Shown here: positions 32,001-43,310 of the stretch, piece after piece
Position numbering within the stretch: position 1 is the stretch's first letter
Layout of the letters: each line of letters opens with the position of its first letter
IMG/VR virus record: IMGVR_UViG_3300025053_000003
Coordinates: 10,716 to 74,715 of that record
DNA length: 64,000 bases
Strand: one strand, 5' to 3'
From: a virus
Taxonomy: Duplodnaviria > Caudoviricetes
Translations under genes and position numbers: made by a program
Notes under the pieces: generated by a model
What the model was told of the DNA's origin: nothing
Databases searched by the model: none
What the model saw: only the letters and a program-made list of their open reading frames with translations

Positions 32001-34794
32001 AAGCACTATGGGTTCAGGTGGAAGGTCAAAGGCCCCTTAATATCTGGGATGTATCAGAGAAGGAATTGACAAAAGATGTAGAATTGGCTATAATTTCAGC
32101 ATTTCAGAGGGGTTGCGAAGCAAAAGAAGAGGAAGATATTCGAGCTGTTAGAAATAGTATTATTCCTGAATTATTCTTTTCGGTGGAGTAGATATGAGAA
32201 TGTGGATGCTTGATCCAAAACTGTTATGTCGCAATCATCTACTCGGGGAACATTCATAAACACCGTCATAACTTCGAGAAAAAGCATTCTATCGCTGGTA
32301 GGGTATCATCAGTTGTCCAGATTGAGCCTGAATCTATGCAAACTATGCATGATGAATTAGTGGCTGAAATGATTAGGCGTGGAGGGAATCATAAATCACC
32401 TTATACTCAACCTAATTTAGATTATTTGCCAAGTGAGCATCGTTATGCGGTTGTTGATCGCGAAGTGAGTACAAGGGATCTGAAGTCTAGGTGTTTGGGT
32501 TGTCTCCAAAACGAACTGGAATTAGATTAAAGGATATAGATTGATGATGAATAAATATAAAACTTTTTCGGCTGTCAAGGATCGTAAAAGGGATAAGAAG
32601 TGTTCGAATAAGCGACGATATGATACTGAACAAGACGCTTACCAAAATGGACAGCTTATCTATTATTGTAACATTTGCGGAGGATATCACAGGAGCGGGA
32701 GCCTAATTGCTACTGTTCGGGGATACTACAGGTAGATTATGAAACATAATGATATCTCAAAACTATACAGGGAAGAATTAGAGAAAAGAAAACTTGACCC
32801 GAAGAATTGGGATTCAGAAGGATATAAATTTGCAGACACTTATAACGGATCAGAAAAAGACGTTATATTTTATATTAATGAAAATATCGATTTTGAATTG
32901 AATAATTACAGAAGAAAATTCGATTTTAGAAAAGGGTTAGCTTTTTGCCCTCAATGTAATTATGCAATTTCTTTGACACAAATAGATTCTTGTGTTATAG
33001 ACTTTATATGCCCTAATTGCAAATTGAGCAGTATCAGTAATTTTTATTCTATCAATTCCACAAAGCATCATAAAATACTTGACGGGTCAGCCTTGCAATC
33101 GTCTCCAAATGGGACATTTATAACACCACCACAATTATAGGTGCTAAATGAAAACAATCGGTTATAGGAATTGGTCAAAGGGTTGCACTTTCTGGGTGGC
33201 TAATTTAAAGGGGAAAATAGGTGATTGGGGTTATACTACTGATTCTAAACAAGCGATCAACCTAATACCATACTGGCAGAAGCGATTTTCTGCTGATTGC
33301 AAACAGGCAGGAGTAGAAGCTATATTTGTTAATGTAAAGGAGAAATTATAATGAATGATAAAGATCTTTATGATGTTGATAATAAAGACAGAAACGAATC
33401 GGCTATAGGTGTTGAAATTTATGTAAAAGAAGATGGTAGTATAGCCAAGTCAACTTGGAATGAAGGAAGTTATGATAATGTAAAAATTATGATTATGGAA
33501 TTGCAAAATATTTTAAACGAATTCCTTATGGATTACGCAGAAGGATTGAGATTAACTAAAGAGTAAGCGTAAAGGAGGAAGAATGAAATATATCTTACTT
33601 ATTTTAGTTCTGCTATTGACTTGTTCCTGTGCTAAAACTATGACAAGACAAGAAGTTATTTCAGCATCAAAGGAATGTCAAGATGCAGGTATGGAGGCGG
33701 TCTTAATGATGGATAATATATTTTCAATGAGAATAACAAGAGTTGATTGCTGGCCAAAGGTGAAATAATGTATTTAATTGATGCCTTAAAATGTTACGGA
33801 ATATCAGAAGAGGACGTAAATAAACATATTCAATGCCCGTGGTGTAAGAGTATCGGGGCTATGCTTCGTGACGATTCTATCCCTTTCGCTATTAATTACC
33901 AATGTTCAGAATGTGGCGTTTCTTCACCTTATGGAGAAAATAGAAAAGTAGCATTTCAATTATTAAGTGATTTTTGCCGGATGTTTGACGATAGAGAAAT
34001 TAAATGAAAGACAAAGATATAATTAAAGGGACGAAGCCAATGAATTGTTCTTGTGGTGGAAAACCAGTAGGGAGAGGTCGTTCTGTTTCTTGTGGTATTT
34101 GTAATAGAGTTGTCCAAAAGAAAACCAGAAATGAGGCAATTGAACGATGGAATGAATCTATTAGAGATCTATACGATACGGAATAATTAAATGAAACAGA
34201 CCGTAACATTCTGGGAAACGGGCTACCAGCTATACTTAATCCCGTATAAAATGAAAGCACACTGTAGTCAATCGCCAAGAGACATTCTTCCTGAATTCAG
34301 ATCCGGCTGGTATCAGGTTCAGGATTTAATTAATTTAAATTTACATGCTGGTGAATGGTGTGAAGAAGAAATTGATATCTTGGATTATTTGAGCCAGTGA
34401 CAGGAGAAGGAATTACAGATTAAGAGAAACGAATTAAATAGGAATATTAAAGAAACAATCCAGGGAATTCAGTGGCTATATAGTGATCTTATCAAGAAGA
34501 TGGGGAATTAAAGTGATGAAAATTAAACCATTGAACGATTCCCAACTGCATCCAGATTGGGTTAGCTGGGAAAATTTTCTAACTCAATGTGAAGTTAGAG
34601 ATACTTATGAAGGAATAATTTATTACGGGATGACAAATTGTAATTACATTTTATTTCCTACTGGAGATTTAATTGAGAATTATGGGTATAATGGTCATGG
34701 ATTAATGTATAGGATTAGGGAAGAGGGTGCAGAGAAAGTTTTAAATAAGATGAAAGAAAATAGGGCTGAAATTAAAAGGATAATTGGTAATTAA
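29073..34794 (+). other. dense run of about 20 small hypothetical genes, including a frameshifted ORF at 31615-31961
   Basis: Co-oriented, overlapping start/stop, RBSs; no recognisable families. Confidence 0.7.
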
Positions 34795-36159
34795 ATGATT
34801 GAGATTAAGAATATTGATCCTACTGTAATCCAGCTTATGAATTTTGAGACGGTGGAATTGGGGAGGAAATTGACGACATATAAATGCGAATTCTGGAAAC
34901 CAGGCCCAAGAGGGAAAGTACGCAAGGAATATGACAAAGACTTTGTTTCTGGGAGCCAGAGAACAGGGTGGTTTTTGTACGCCGGTTTCAAGAATAGGAT
35001 TAAAGAATACTGTGAAGTTAAGGGTCTTGAGTTCCGGGAGACGGGGGAAGAGTTGAGGATAGAGCCGGTAAGGGAGCCGGGGTTGGCAGGGGTGGAGATT
35101 CGGGACTACCAATTAGAAGCCATTAAATCGATTATAGAAAAACAACGTGGCATCGTACATGCCGCTACACGCTCAGGAAAGTCGATCATAGCGATTGGAG
35201 CTGCGTCATGCTTCCCAAAACCAAAACTATTATATCTTGCGCCGTCCATTGATATAGTCAACGAGATCCATGGGAAATTTGTTGAATGCGGCTTTAAGGC
35301 ATGTAAACTAGGTGGAGGGCAAAAGGATATAACAGAAGATATTGTTGTTTCAACTCTCCAAACCTATGTTCGCTTAGATTTAATTAAACTGTCCAATAAA
35401 TTTGACATAATTTTCTGCGACGAAATTCATTTGTCCTCGGAACCAGGATCTGCTTTAGAGAAGATACTGTCAAAGAACCTATCAATAGTAAGAGTGGGCT
35501 TCACAGCTACTATCCCAACAGAGCCTAGCAAAAAATTAACACTTCAAGGATTATTTGGTGATAAAATTATGGAATTAAGCGTTAAGGATGGAATTGAAAA
35601 ACACGGGGTTCTTGCAAAACCGAGAATTGAATTACTTGCTGTCTCCGAATCAAAAGAAATAAATTTATGCAAAACCTATCATGAGATCTATGATTTGGCT
35701 ATTTGCAGAAATAAAATTAGGAACAGGCTTATTGCTAAATATGCAAAAACTGTTGCTGATGAAAATGGTACAGTTTTGATTTTTTGCGTGAACTTAATTC
35801 ATATTGAATTACTTTCTAAAGAATTAGATTTACTAAGTGTTGAGCATGAAATTGTAGAAGGAAAAGTTAGCGGTGATGATAGAACTATATCTAAAGAGAA
35901 AATGAAGAGTGGTAAATTAAATGTAATTATTAGCTCAAATTGCTGGGCCGAAGGGGTAACTTTGCCAGCCCTTTCTCACGTTATTAATGCCTCGGGAATG
36001 AAGTCAGAAAGCAGACTTTTGCAGAAAATGGGCAGGGGACTGGGCAAAGTAGAAGGTAAAGAAGAAATTGTCCTTGTCGATTTTCTGGACCCCTATAAAC
36101 ATCTTGCGCAACATTCGATCGCTCGGCTCTGTGTTTATAAAAATATGGGCTGGTTATAA
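34795..36159 (+). CDS. superfamily 2 DExH helicase (UvsW-like)
   Basis: ATRSGKS, CDEIH, GFTAT, QKMGRGL. Confidence 0.9.
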   Translation: MIEIKNIDPTVIQLMNFETVELGRKLTTYKCEFWKPGPRGKVRKEYDKDFVSGSQRTGWFLYAGFKNRIKEYCEVKGLEFRETGEELRIEPVREPGLAGVEIRDYQLEAIKSIIEKQRGIVHAATRSGKSIIAIGAASCFPKPKLLYLAPSIDIVNEIHGKFVECGFKACKLGGGQKDITEDIVVSTLQTYVRLDLIKLSNKFDIIFCDEIHLSSEPGSALEKILSKNLSIVRVGFTATIPTEPSKKLTLQGLFGDKIMELSVKDGIEKHGVLAKPRIELLAVSESKEINLCKTYHEIYDLAICRNKIRNRLIAKYAKTVADENGTVLIFCVNLIHIELLSKELDLLSVEHEIVEGKVSGDDRTISKEKMKSGKLNVIISSNCWAEGVTLPALSHVINASGMKSESRLLQKMGRGLGKVEGKEEIVLVDFLDPYKHLAQHSIARLCVYKNMGWL

Positions 36160-36333
36160 TTTTTATTGCCTGAGAAGGAATCAAAATGAAAACATGCCAG
36201 AACGACCACCAGATGATTGTTTTCGATTCAGAAAAATGTCCACTCTGCAAAGCTCTTGACGAAATCAGTAATCTTGAGGACATGTTAAAAGAAGCCGAAG
36301 ATCTAAATAAGAATTTAGGAACAGTTACGCCAG

Positions 36334-37010
36334 TTGAAAAATTCAACAAGGGGAACTAAAATGAAGAAAATTATTGTTATTTCAATGATGCTTTGTTTGC
36401 TTTCGACTCCAGTTATAGCAGATGAATATTGTGAATCAATCGGAAGACTCGCTGCTGCAATTATGGAAAGTAGGCAAGCAGGCGTTTCTGCTGATAAATC
36501 TGTAGAGGCAAGTAGAGGGAACCCAATAAGCCTTGAGATGATTATTGAAGCCCATGAAACGCCAAGATTTCATAGTTACCGTTATGAACGAGCGAGTGTT
36601 GAAGATTTCAAAAATAGATGGTATTTGAAGTGTATTAAGGCAAGAATGAATCAAGGAGAATAGATGTAATATAATTCCGCTTGTCGTAATTTAACGGAAG
36701 AGATAAAATGAAAAAAATTATTCTAACCGCAATGGTGCTTTGCCTGTTTTCAACTCCAGCAATAGCGGAAGATTTTTGTGAAATTTTAGGAAACACAGCA
36801 GGGACTATCATGAAGGCAAGACAGATGAGCTACCCTGCTTCAAAAGTAATAGGGGCATTTCATCATGACGAAGGGATAAAAGTAATAGTCCTTGATGCTT
36901 ACTCGGAACCAAGGTACGGGACTGAAAAGTTCATCCAAATGAGTATTTCTGACTTCAAGAATAAGTGGTACATTGAATGTGTTAAAGGTGGCTGGGGGAA
37001 GGGGAAATGA
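36334..37010 (+). CDS. two tandem paralogous signal-peptide proteins (36334-36663, 36708-37010)
   Basis: MKKII...CL(L/F)STP(V/A)IA signal; shared C...IM..RQ...PR...DFKN.WY..C. Confidence 0.7.
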
Positions 37011-39217
37011 ATTATATTATCAGTTGTTCAGAAAAACAATTTAAGACTATTTCGTTAGCTTGTGAAATTTTAGCAAGACTGCAATGTGGTCACTTGTCGG
37101 CTGTATTTGACCAGTGTAAAAACGAGAAAGGAGAATCGTTTTGTATTCCTTACGAATTGACTCGTGAAGTAGAAAAGATTATTAAACCCATTCTCGGGAT
37201 AGAATTGAATGCCCATTATGGAGTAGGTAAATTTGATTCTGCGGATATTTCTTGGGATATTTATCAGGTAATTAGGCACCAGATTTGGGATGACCGGACA
37301 GATGACAAATTGGATTATACAGTTGATGCTTCTCCAGCTCTAAAATTCGGATCAGAAGAATTGATTAAGGTTGAAAAAGTTTCGGATTAAGGTTACAATC
37401 TAATTTCAAAATTTTGGCGTGTGGTGAGACTGAATTAGCGTGATTTAGAAGTTTGACGTAGGGCAGGCTGGTAAGCGTCGAAGTCGGCTAATTTGATGCT
37501 ATGTAATTATAAATTTAAAGGATGTAAAATGGAAATTAAAATTCAGATTTTTGGTTCTACTTGTACTGGCAAAACAACAATAGGGGAATTAATTAAAAAT
37601 ACCCTTGAGTCTAAGGGGATCATATGTAAAATGATTGATGAACCAGATGGCCTTCGTGAATTTGATTTGGAGCGAACCGAAAGATGCCTGAAAAGAATCG
37701 TAGAAAAGAATATGAGTGTCTTAATTGAAACTATTCAGGTAGTTAAGAATAACGCATCTTGATTTAAAAGGAACAAAATGAAACTACTCCAGGACGAATT
37801 TAACAAAAGAGGATTTTGTTACAAACTAATCCAGAAGAGCGATTCCGCTTTTCTTTACTCAATTAGCGAAGGGAAAGAATTAAGAGGATTTGAAGTGTTC
37901 CGAAAAAGAATCTCTAAAGCATCTGTTTTAATTTATAATGGGGTAGAAGTAATCAGGGAAGAACAAGAAACATTCCCCGGAAATAGCGATTTTGGCACCT
38001 GGGCGTGGGCTTATATTACTTTGCCCTTCGCAATGAAGAAATTTGAATCGATTGGTGTGTAAAAATGGAAGTTTCTAATACGAATAACATAGAAGGGAAA
38101 CAAGTCCACGTAAGGGCTACCATAGCTTTGACTAAATTCGGGGATATTGGGGAGATAATCTATCGAATAAAGTATAATCTATCGCGTCAGATAGTTGATA
38201 AAATACTTGAAGACAAACAATTTTTCTGGTCTGGCACAGAGGATATTATGGGGGTCAAGACATTTCTAAATTATGGCGCAGATTGTGTTTTAATGACGAC
38301 AGAGGAAGTTGCAGCCCTAAAAAAGAAATCTTTCACAGAAGGTATGCAACATGCGAGTGGTTTCTTACCACCAAGATGGGATGCTAATGAGTAAGAAATT
38401 CTATGCAGTTAATCGTGAAACAGGAGAACGCTGGAAGCCTAAGTCAGATCCGGATTATAACAGTTACCTTGTCATGTATGATAGTGGTTATCTTGCAGTA
38501 GTTGAAGATTCAGGATGGAGAACTTATATTACTCCATTGAATCCTAAAATCTGGGAGAAAGAGTAATGAGTGATATTCTTAAAATGGATTATATAAATAG
38601 CCTTCCTCAACCATTTATTGCCCGTTTTATTGGAGGTAGTGAATATCCTATTTATGACATTGATGTTGAAACAGGATTAATGAGAGTTGACGTTATGGGA
38701 AAATTAGACGTTACTCATATAAGTGAAGTAAATTATTTCCTTGATATGGACGGTGTTAAGCATGATCCAGAAACTTTTTATTGTGAGGTTTAAATATGAA
38801 GATTGAAACGATTGAATCCCAGAGCAGAAGAGACTTTTATGCTGTTTATGTTTGTGAACACTGCGGGCATAAAAAGAAAGGGTCAGGTTATGATGATGAC
38901 AATTTTCACCGAAATGTAATTCCTTCAATGGAATGTCCTTCATGTGGGAAATGTGCTGATTCTGATTATAAGCCAAGAGATACGAAATACAAGGCATATG
39001 AGGTGGTGTGATGGGAAAGAATACAAGATCGTGTGATGAGTGTAAATATTTTTTACTCATTGATGAAGAAGGGGAAGAAGGTTGTTCTGAAGGAATGTGT
39101 AGACGTTTCCCTCCTGTATTAGCATTACCAGATATAAAAAACTATACTGATGGTTGGGATCAGCCAATGGTTAGAGGACATTGTTATTGTGGTGAATTTA
39201 GAAAAGTTTAAGAGTTG

Positions 39218-39303
39218 GCCGCCTTAGTTCAGTTGGTAGAACACCTGATAAATGACTTTATGTAATCAGGTTGTCGTGGGTTCGATTCCTACAGGCGGCT
39301 CCA
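39218..39303 (+). tRNA. tRNA-Thr(UGU)-like gene with a 17-nt anticodon loop (10-nt insertion), encoded CCA
   Basis: Acceptor GCCGCCT/AGGCGGC, D-stem GTTC/GAAC, anticodon stem CCTGA/TCAGG, T-loop TTCGATT; 86 nt. Confidence 0.8.
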
Positions 39304-39353
39304 GAAAAGATAGTTGTAAATATAAAAAAGTTTGTCTTAGAGTTAAATAACCT

Positions 39354-39380
39354 TAAAGTTTTCTGAAATTATGCCGATAA
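39354..39380 (+). promoter_or_regulatory. sigma-28 promoter, exact consensus TAAAGTTT-N11-GCCGATAA
   Basis: Read directly; 18 bp upstream of the XRE gene ATG. Confidence 0.75.
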
Positions 39381-39398
39381 GGTATAAGGAGGAAGTCA

Positions 39399-39578
39399 AT
39401 GACCGGCGAAGAAATGGATGTTATTAGAAAGAAGAAAGGTTGGAACAAAATAGAATTGTCAAAAAGATTAGGACTGAGCAATATCACAATTAGTAAATAT
39501 ATTAACAACAAATCTCAAATTCCTAAATTGGTTGAAATAGCTATGAATAATTATGAAAGGGAGTGTAAGGAGGAGTAG
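39399..39578 (+). CDS. XRE/Cro-like HTH regulator (59 aa)
   Basis: Not in ORF track; MTGEEMDVIRKKKGWNKIELSKRLGLSNITISKYINN; AGGAGG RBS. Confidence 0.75.
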   Translation: MTGEEMDVIRKKKGWNKIELSKRLGLSNITISKYINNKSQIPKLVEIAMNNYERECKEE

Positions 39579-41087
39579 ATGAACACAGATAACAAGAAAG
39601 CGAAGAATGTATTCCCAGATGCAAGAAATTGCTCTGTTAAAAATAATTATACACAAATATCTAACAATTTAATTAGGGATAAAAGGCTTTCTTATAAAGC
39701 AAGAGGAATCCTAATTCTTTTATTGAGCCACCAAGAAGGGTGGGTTTCTATTATGGAAACGCTATGCGATAATTTTAGCGAACCTGATGGGAGAACTTCT
39801 GTTGAAAGTGGAATGAAAGAATTAGAAAAATTTGGATACTTAGATAAAAAGATATTTAAGAAAAAAGGAAATCAAACCATAGTTGGGTCTTTCATAGCAT
39901 ACACAGATGTGCCATTTACTTTTAATTTTGAAGGGCATAAAAAATTTGCAGATGATAGCGGATGGGAAATAGGAGACCATCCGCAAAGGAAGAATATGAG
40001 TATTGGAAACCCTGCGATGGAAAAGCCATCGGCGGAAAACCCATCGGCGGAAAACCCTGCGATGGAAAATCAACAGCTAATAATACCAATAAATAATAAT
40101 ACCAATTATAATAACACTAATTTTAATAAATCTTTTTCTTACGAAAAAGAAGTTATAGATTCTGACGAATCTATTGAACCTCATTCACAACATGTTGAGT
40201 CAACTGTTTGTCCCGTCACTGAACAAGAACATAATACAGTTGCTCAAACAAGCGTAGCGCCAGACACTGTTGAACAAAATAATATTAATGTTCCGCCGCC
40301 CCGCCCGACAAGAACACTGAAGAACCCAATTTACGCGACCCCGAAACCTACCCCTAAAATAAAAAAGAATATTGTTTCGCTGATTGATTATTGGAACAGT
40401 CTTAAAATAGTCCAACACCGAGCAGGAACAAAAACTTATAATGAAATTGCGATTTGTTTAAATAAACTCATGGCGGGTAAATTCTTTGATAAAAATGGTC
40501 CTTTCAAAAAGTATGCTGATTATAAATTCACAGAACAAGAAATTACCAACACAATGAATAGGTTCTCCTTGGCCGCTACTGATTTTAATTATGAACCTAC
40601 GAATGGGTATAAGAAAACGCTCAAAGGAACGGGCATTGTGCATTTTCTGCATAATCCTTTCGGGGAGAAAGAAAAATCATTATTCCTGGAATACTTTGAA
40701 AATGAACCTGTTGCAGTAAAAGAAACAATGCGAATGATTGAAGACATTGATTCTAACATGACTGAAATCATTAAAGATGTCTGGGTAAAAAAAGTGATGA
40801 ATAAATATGTTCCAAAGAGTTATTCAAAAAATGATGAAAATAATTTCAGACGAGCGACAAAAGAATTTCATCGCTGGTTCAATGAAAATAACAAAAGAAT
40901 CCATCCTCAGTTCGGGACAAGGGGAGCAGATGCTCAATCAAAAAGGAAAAGAGTTGAACTATTTGTTGAAATGCTTTTAAAAACAACATTGACTACAAGT
41001 AAGATTCAGATCAGTTGGCTTTGTTCTTCTTATAATTGGGAACATGCGTTCCCGAAGTGGTGTAACGACCAGGGTATTATGAATTGA
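39579..41087 (+). CDS. phage replication initiator/replisome organiser
   Basis: IRDKRLSYKARGILILLLS HTH; internal PxxENP repeats. Confidence 0.75.
   Translation: MNTDNKKAKNVFPDARNCSVKNNYTQISNNLIRDKRLSYKARGILILLLSHQEGWVSIMETLCDNFSEPDGRTSVESGMKELEKFGYLDKKIFKKKGNQTIVGSFIAYTDVPFTFNFEGHKKFADDSGWEIGDHPQRKNMSIGNPAMEKPSAENPSAENPAMENQQLIIPINNNTNYNNTNFNKSFSYEKEVIDSDESIEPHSQHVESTVCPVTEQEHNTVAQTSVAPDTVEQNNINVPPPRPTRTLKNPIYATPKPTPKIKKNIVSLIDYWNSLKIVQHRAGTKTYNEIAICLNKLMAGKFFDKNGPFKKYADYKFTEQEITNTMNRFSLAATDFNYEPTNGYKKTLKGTGIVHFLHNPFGEKEKSLFLEYFENEPVAVKETMRMIEDIDSNMTEIIKDVWVKKVMNKYVPKSYSKNDENNFRRATKEFHRWFNENNKRIHPQFGTRGADAQSKRKRVELFVEMLLKTTLTTSKIQISWLCSSYNWEHAFPKWCNDQGIMN
40005..40135. repeat. candidate origin: four 14-15-bp iterons plus AT-rich tract
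   Basis: GGAAA(A)CCCTGCGAT / GGAAAASCCATCGGC units at 40005-40071, then an A/T-rich stretch. Confidence 0.6.
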
Positions 41088-42519
41088 TTATAAAATAAAT
41101 ATACTTGACACTTTAGTCGATAATTTGTATTATGAATCATAATGATTGTATGGTGAAATAAGTTAAGGAGGCGCATGCAAACATTCACACTTTCGACGCT
41201 AGGGATTGACAGAGAAAATAAAATGATGGAATTAATCAACAATCAGAAAGCTATTTGTTTTACTCATGCCGCCGAGATTGTTCTTTCTAAAGAGTTCAAT
41301 GTTCCATATTTCTGCTACGGCGGAACACCAGTGATGCCAATTGCAGAATTTAGGCCAATGATACAAAGTAAAGGAGAAATAAAATGAACCCAAACGTCGA
41401 GAAAATTCTAACAGTTATCGAAATCCTTGAAGAAATGCAGAAGGGAAAGAACAGCTTCAGGGTCAGGGGTATGCTAGTAAGGGCTATACCATTTTTATAC
41501 AACATAATTGACGTTATGGAAGAGGAGAGTTGAATGAAAATTTACGTAGAATTGGAAGTTCCTAGTGATTTTGCTAAAGGTCAGATGCGCCAAACAATCG
41601 AAAAAGAAATCGCCGCAGGTCGATGGACTTGGCGTCAGGCTGCCAAGAATGAGAATAAATTAAACCAAAATGACGATAAAGATCCGATTGTTGACATTAA
41701 GGTCATCGAGGAAGATCATAAAGATCGTGTTTTTGTCTTTAAAGAGTCAACTAAGGGAGAGTCTTCACGGCCTATCTTGTATGCAATCCCTGAGAGGGGT
41801 ATTGTCAGCGTAAAAAGCCAAACAGGGAGCGAAAATTACTATTTGAACGTCAACGGAATTAATGTCCAGGGTTCATTTGAAGAATTTATAAAATTGATCG
41901 GAGAGCGCGTTGATATTGAGTAAAGGAATAAGATGAATTACATCATTGCGAAAGCCCAAGATAACCCTGGATTCTATGTCATTCCTAGCGAGTTATATCA
42001 AGTGTTTAAGGATATAACAACCGGAGGCCAGTCGCGGCAGTTGAGGATTAAGGGTAGCACGCACAAAGAGGTTGAAGCGCAAATGGATAATCTTTTGAAA
42101 ACTACGCTTCTAATCGTCCGTGATGCTGCTTACATGAAGAGAGCTTGAAATGAAAATTACTCCTGGATCTGAATATTTTGACGAAGTGTCGTTTGCATGG
42201 ATTCCTATCCCTTTCCATTGGATTGGTGACGATACAAGGGCACATAGTCATAAAATCAGGGTTATGCCTGAGCCTAAAGTCAAAGACATTAAGGTGAAGA
42301 AATGAAAACAATCAAAGATCACCTAAGAGACGCCACCACTCTTGCAATGGACAAGCGGGAAATGGAGAAGCACTGCGGAAACGCATTATCTGAGATCATC
42401 AGGCTGGAAGGAATCCTTGATTGCGTCCTTGCTGAGTTTTGCTCATATAGGGATTATTATACAGGAGAGTTTGCAGATGATAGGTTAAGGAAATTAATGT
42501 TGAATAAGAGGAATAAACT

Positions 42520-42732
42520 ATGTTAAACTACAAGGGGTATACCGGCACTGGACGGGTAAATACTGAAACACTTCTCCTTCGAGGAGAAGTGGATGACGTT
42601 GATCTTTACACTCCTTATTCTGGTGTAACAGTATTTGAATTGACAACTAATTTCCGTTTAGCAGTTGATGAATTTATTACGGGGAGAACATTTGCTGGAG
42701 TTGCTAAACCTGAGGTGGGAAGATGTTCTTAA
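42520..42732 (+). CDS. HicB-like antitoxin domain (solo)
   Basis: MLNYKGYTG...GEV...GVTVFELTTNFRLAVDEFI resembles the HicB N-terminal pattern. Confidence 0.55.
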   Translation: MLNYKGYTGTGRVNTETLLLRGEVDDVDLYTPYSGVTVFELTTNFRLAVDEFITGRTFAGVAKPEVGRCS

Positions 42733-43310
42733 ATGTTTCAAATTGGATTATAATTGGGTACATAATTTTCGGAGCAATTATGGGATTCAGATTGATCCCA
42801 ATGGCAAAAACAAAAACAGAAAGGATACTAACCCTCATAGTTAGTGGTCCTGTTATTTGGGTTTTGTTTAGTTTTTATTATATTCGTGAAGTAGTAAAGA
42901 AAATAAAAGAGGTGTATTAAAATGAAATTGACTCAAGTTTGCAGATGTGGAGAAGAAATCTCATTTGAATTAGCTACTGACGAAATTCTGTCAAGTTTGG
43001 CTAAATGGTTCATAACAGAAAAATTAAAAGCATCTGGGTGGGAGGTCACTAAACGAGATATTCTTTGTCCTGATTGTTTACTTTCTATAAAAGAAGATGA
43101 AAAGTTTGACGAGAAATATGCAAGGCAGATTAAAGAAACTGATGATTATGACTATTTAAGATTCGCAACAGATCATATCAGAAAATTTGGTGCAGGGGCC
43201 ACGATTTAAGCTGTTTTCAGTCGTTACTGTATTGGGTATTTAAAAAGGTCTAATCGCGGCTTAGTGAGCGCAGGGAACGGTAAATTTAGGTATCTGGGAG
43301 AAGAGAGTAA

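Noticed and set aside
37493-37762. Kinase call from GSTCTGKTT
   Set aside because: About 80 aa, too short for a full NTPase fold; left as hypothetical.
39254-39264. Ochre suppressor reading (CT-TTA-TG loop) of the odd tRNA
   Set aside because: The required anticodon stem has two mismatches; acceptor identity and TGTAA fit Thr.
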